From Cyanophora paradoxa CCMP329 (lineage: Eukaryota; Plantae; Glaucophyta): DNA of 50,334 nt. Under the pieces are notes generated by a model that was given only the letters and a program-made list of their open reading frames with translations, made no database searches and was not told the DNA's origin. The stretch's first letter is position 1. Every line of letters starts with the position of its first letter. The position numbers were made by a program, and so were the translations under genes. Shown here piece after piece: positions 50,248 to 50,334 of the stretch. The stretch spans positions 1 through 50,334 of the forward strand of contig QPMI01000326.1 of the NCBI GenBank assembly GCA_004431415.1, given 5' to 3'.

Positions 50248-50334
50248 GCGGGCCCTTCGAACGGGCCCTTTCTATCGGGCCGCGAGCGCTCGGCTGCGGC
50301 GCTCAACTTAGTAAGAAACTTTTTCTTTCGTCTG

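Overview
Eukaryotic nuclear DNA: very GC-rich, gene-dense, with many short (about 50-80 nt) spliceosomal introns. Most long ORFs in the supplied track are GC-driven artefacts, so I rebuilt the genes by hand-splicing. A Met-Ala-Phe plastid-transit-like N-terminus suggests a glaucophyte- or red-lineage-type alga such as Cyanophora; this is inference. There are about 17 genes, in order: WDTC1/DCAF8-like WD40 protein; bacterial-type PLD/cardiolipin-synthase-like enzyme; (a ~3.2 kb atypical repeat-bounded island); DUF4062-NACHT-LRR NLR-like protein; HAKAI/CBLL1; mitochondrial HSP70 with a candidate intronic H/ACA snoRNA; SK/KCNN-like K+ channel; non-RD kinase; cytochrome b561; SWF1-like DHHC palmitoyltransferase; two mosaic Tas-like aldo-keto reductase (AKR) duplicates enclosing a stand-alone HNH nuclease gene; a bacterial-type AKR; a small hypothetical; plastid ABCD transporter; DNA polymerase iota with a Pol-eta-type UBZ/PIP tail; and a double-PHD Set3/SETD5-like protein. 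Best leads: the NLR-like receptor, the AKR-HNH-AKR locus with gene-conversion mosaicism, the intron architecture (frequent GC donors, self-complementary C/G tracts, micro-exons), the oscillating G/C skew, and the snoRNA candidate. Gene boundaries are approximate. Several frameshifts in homopolymer runs look like assembly errors.
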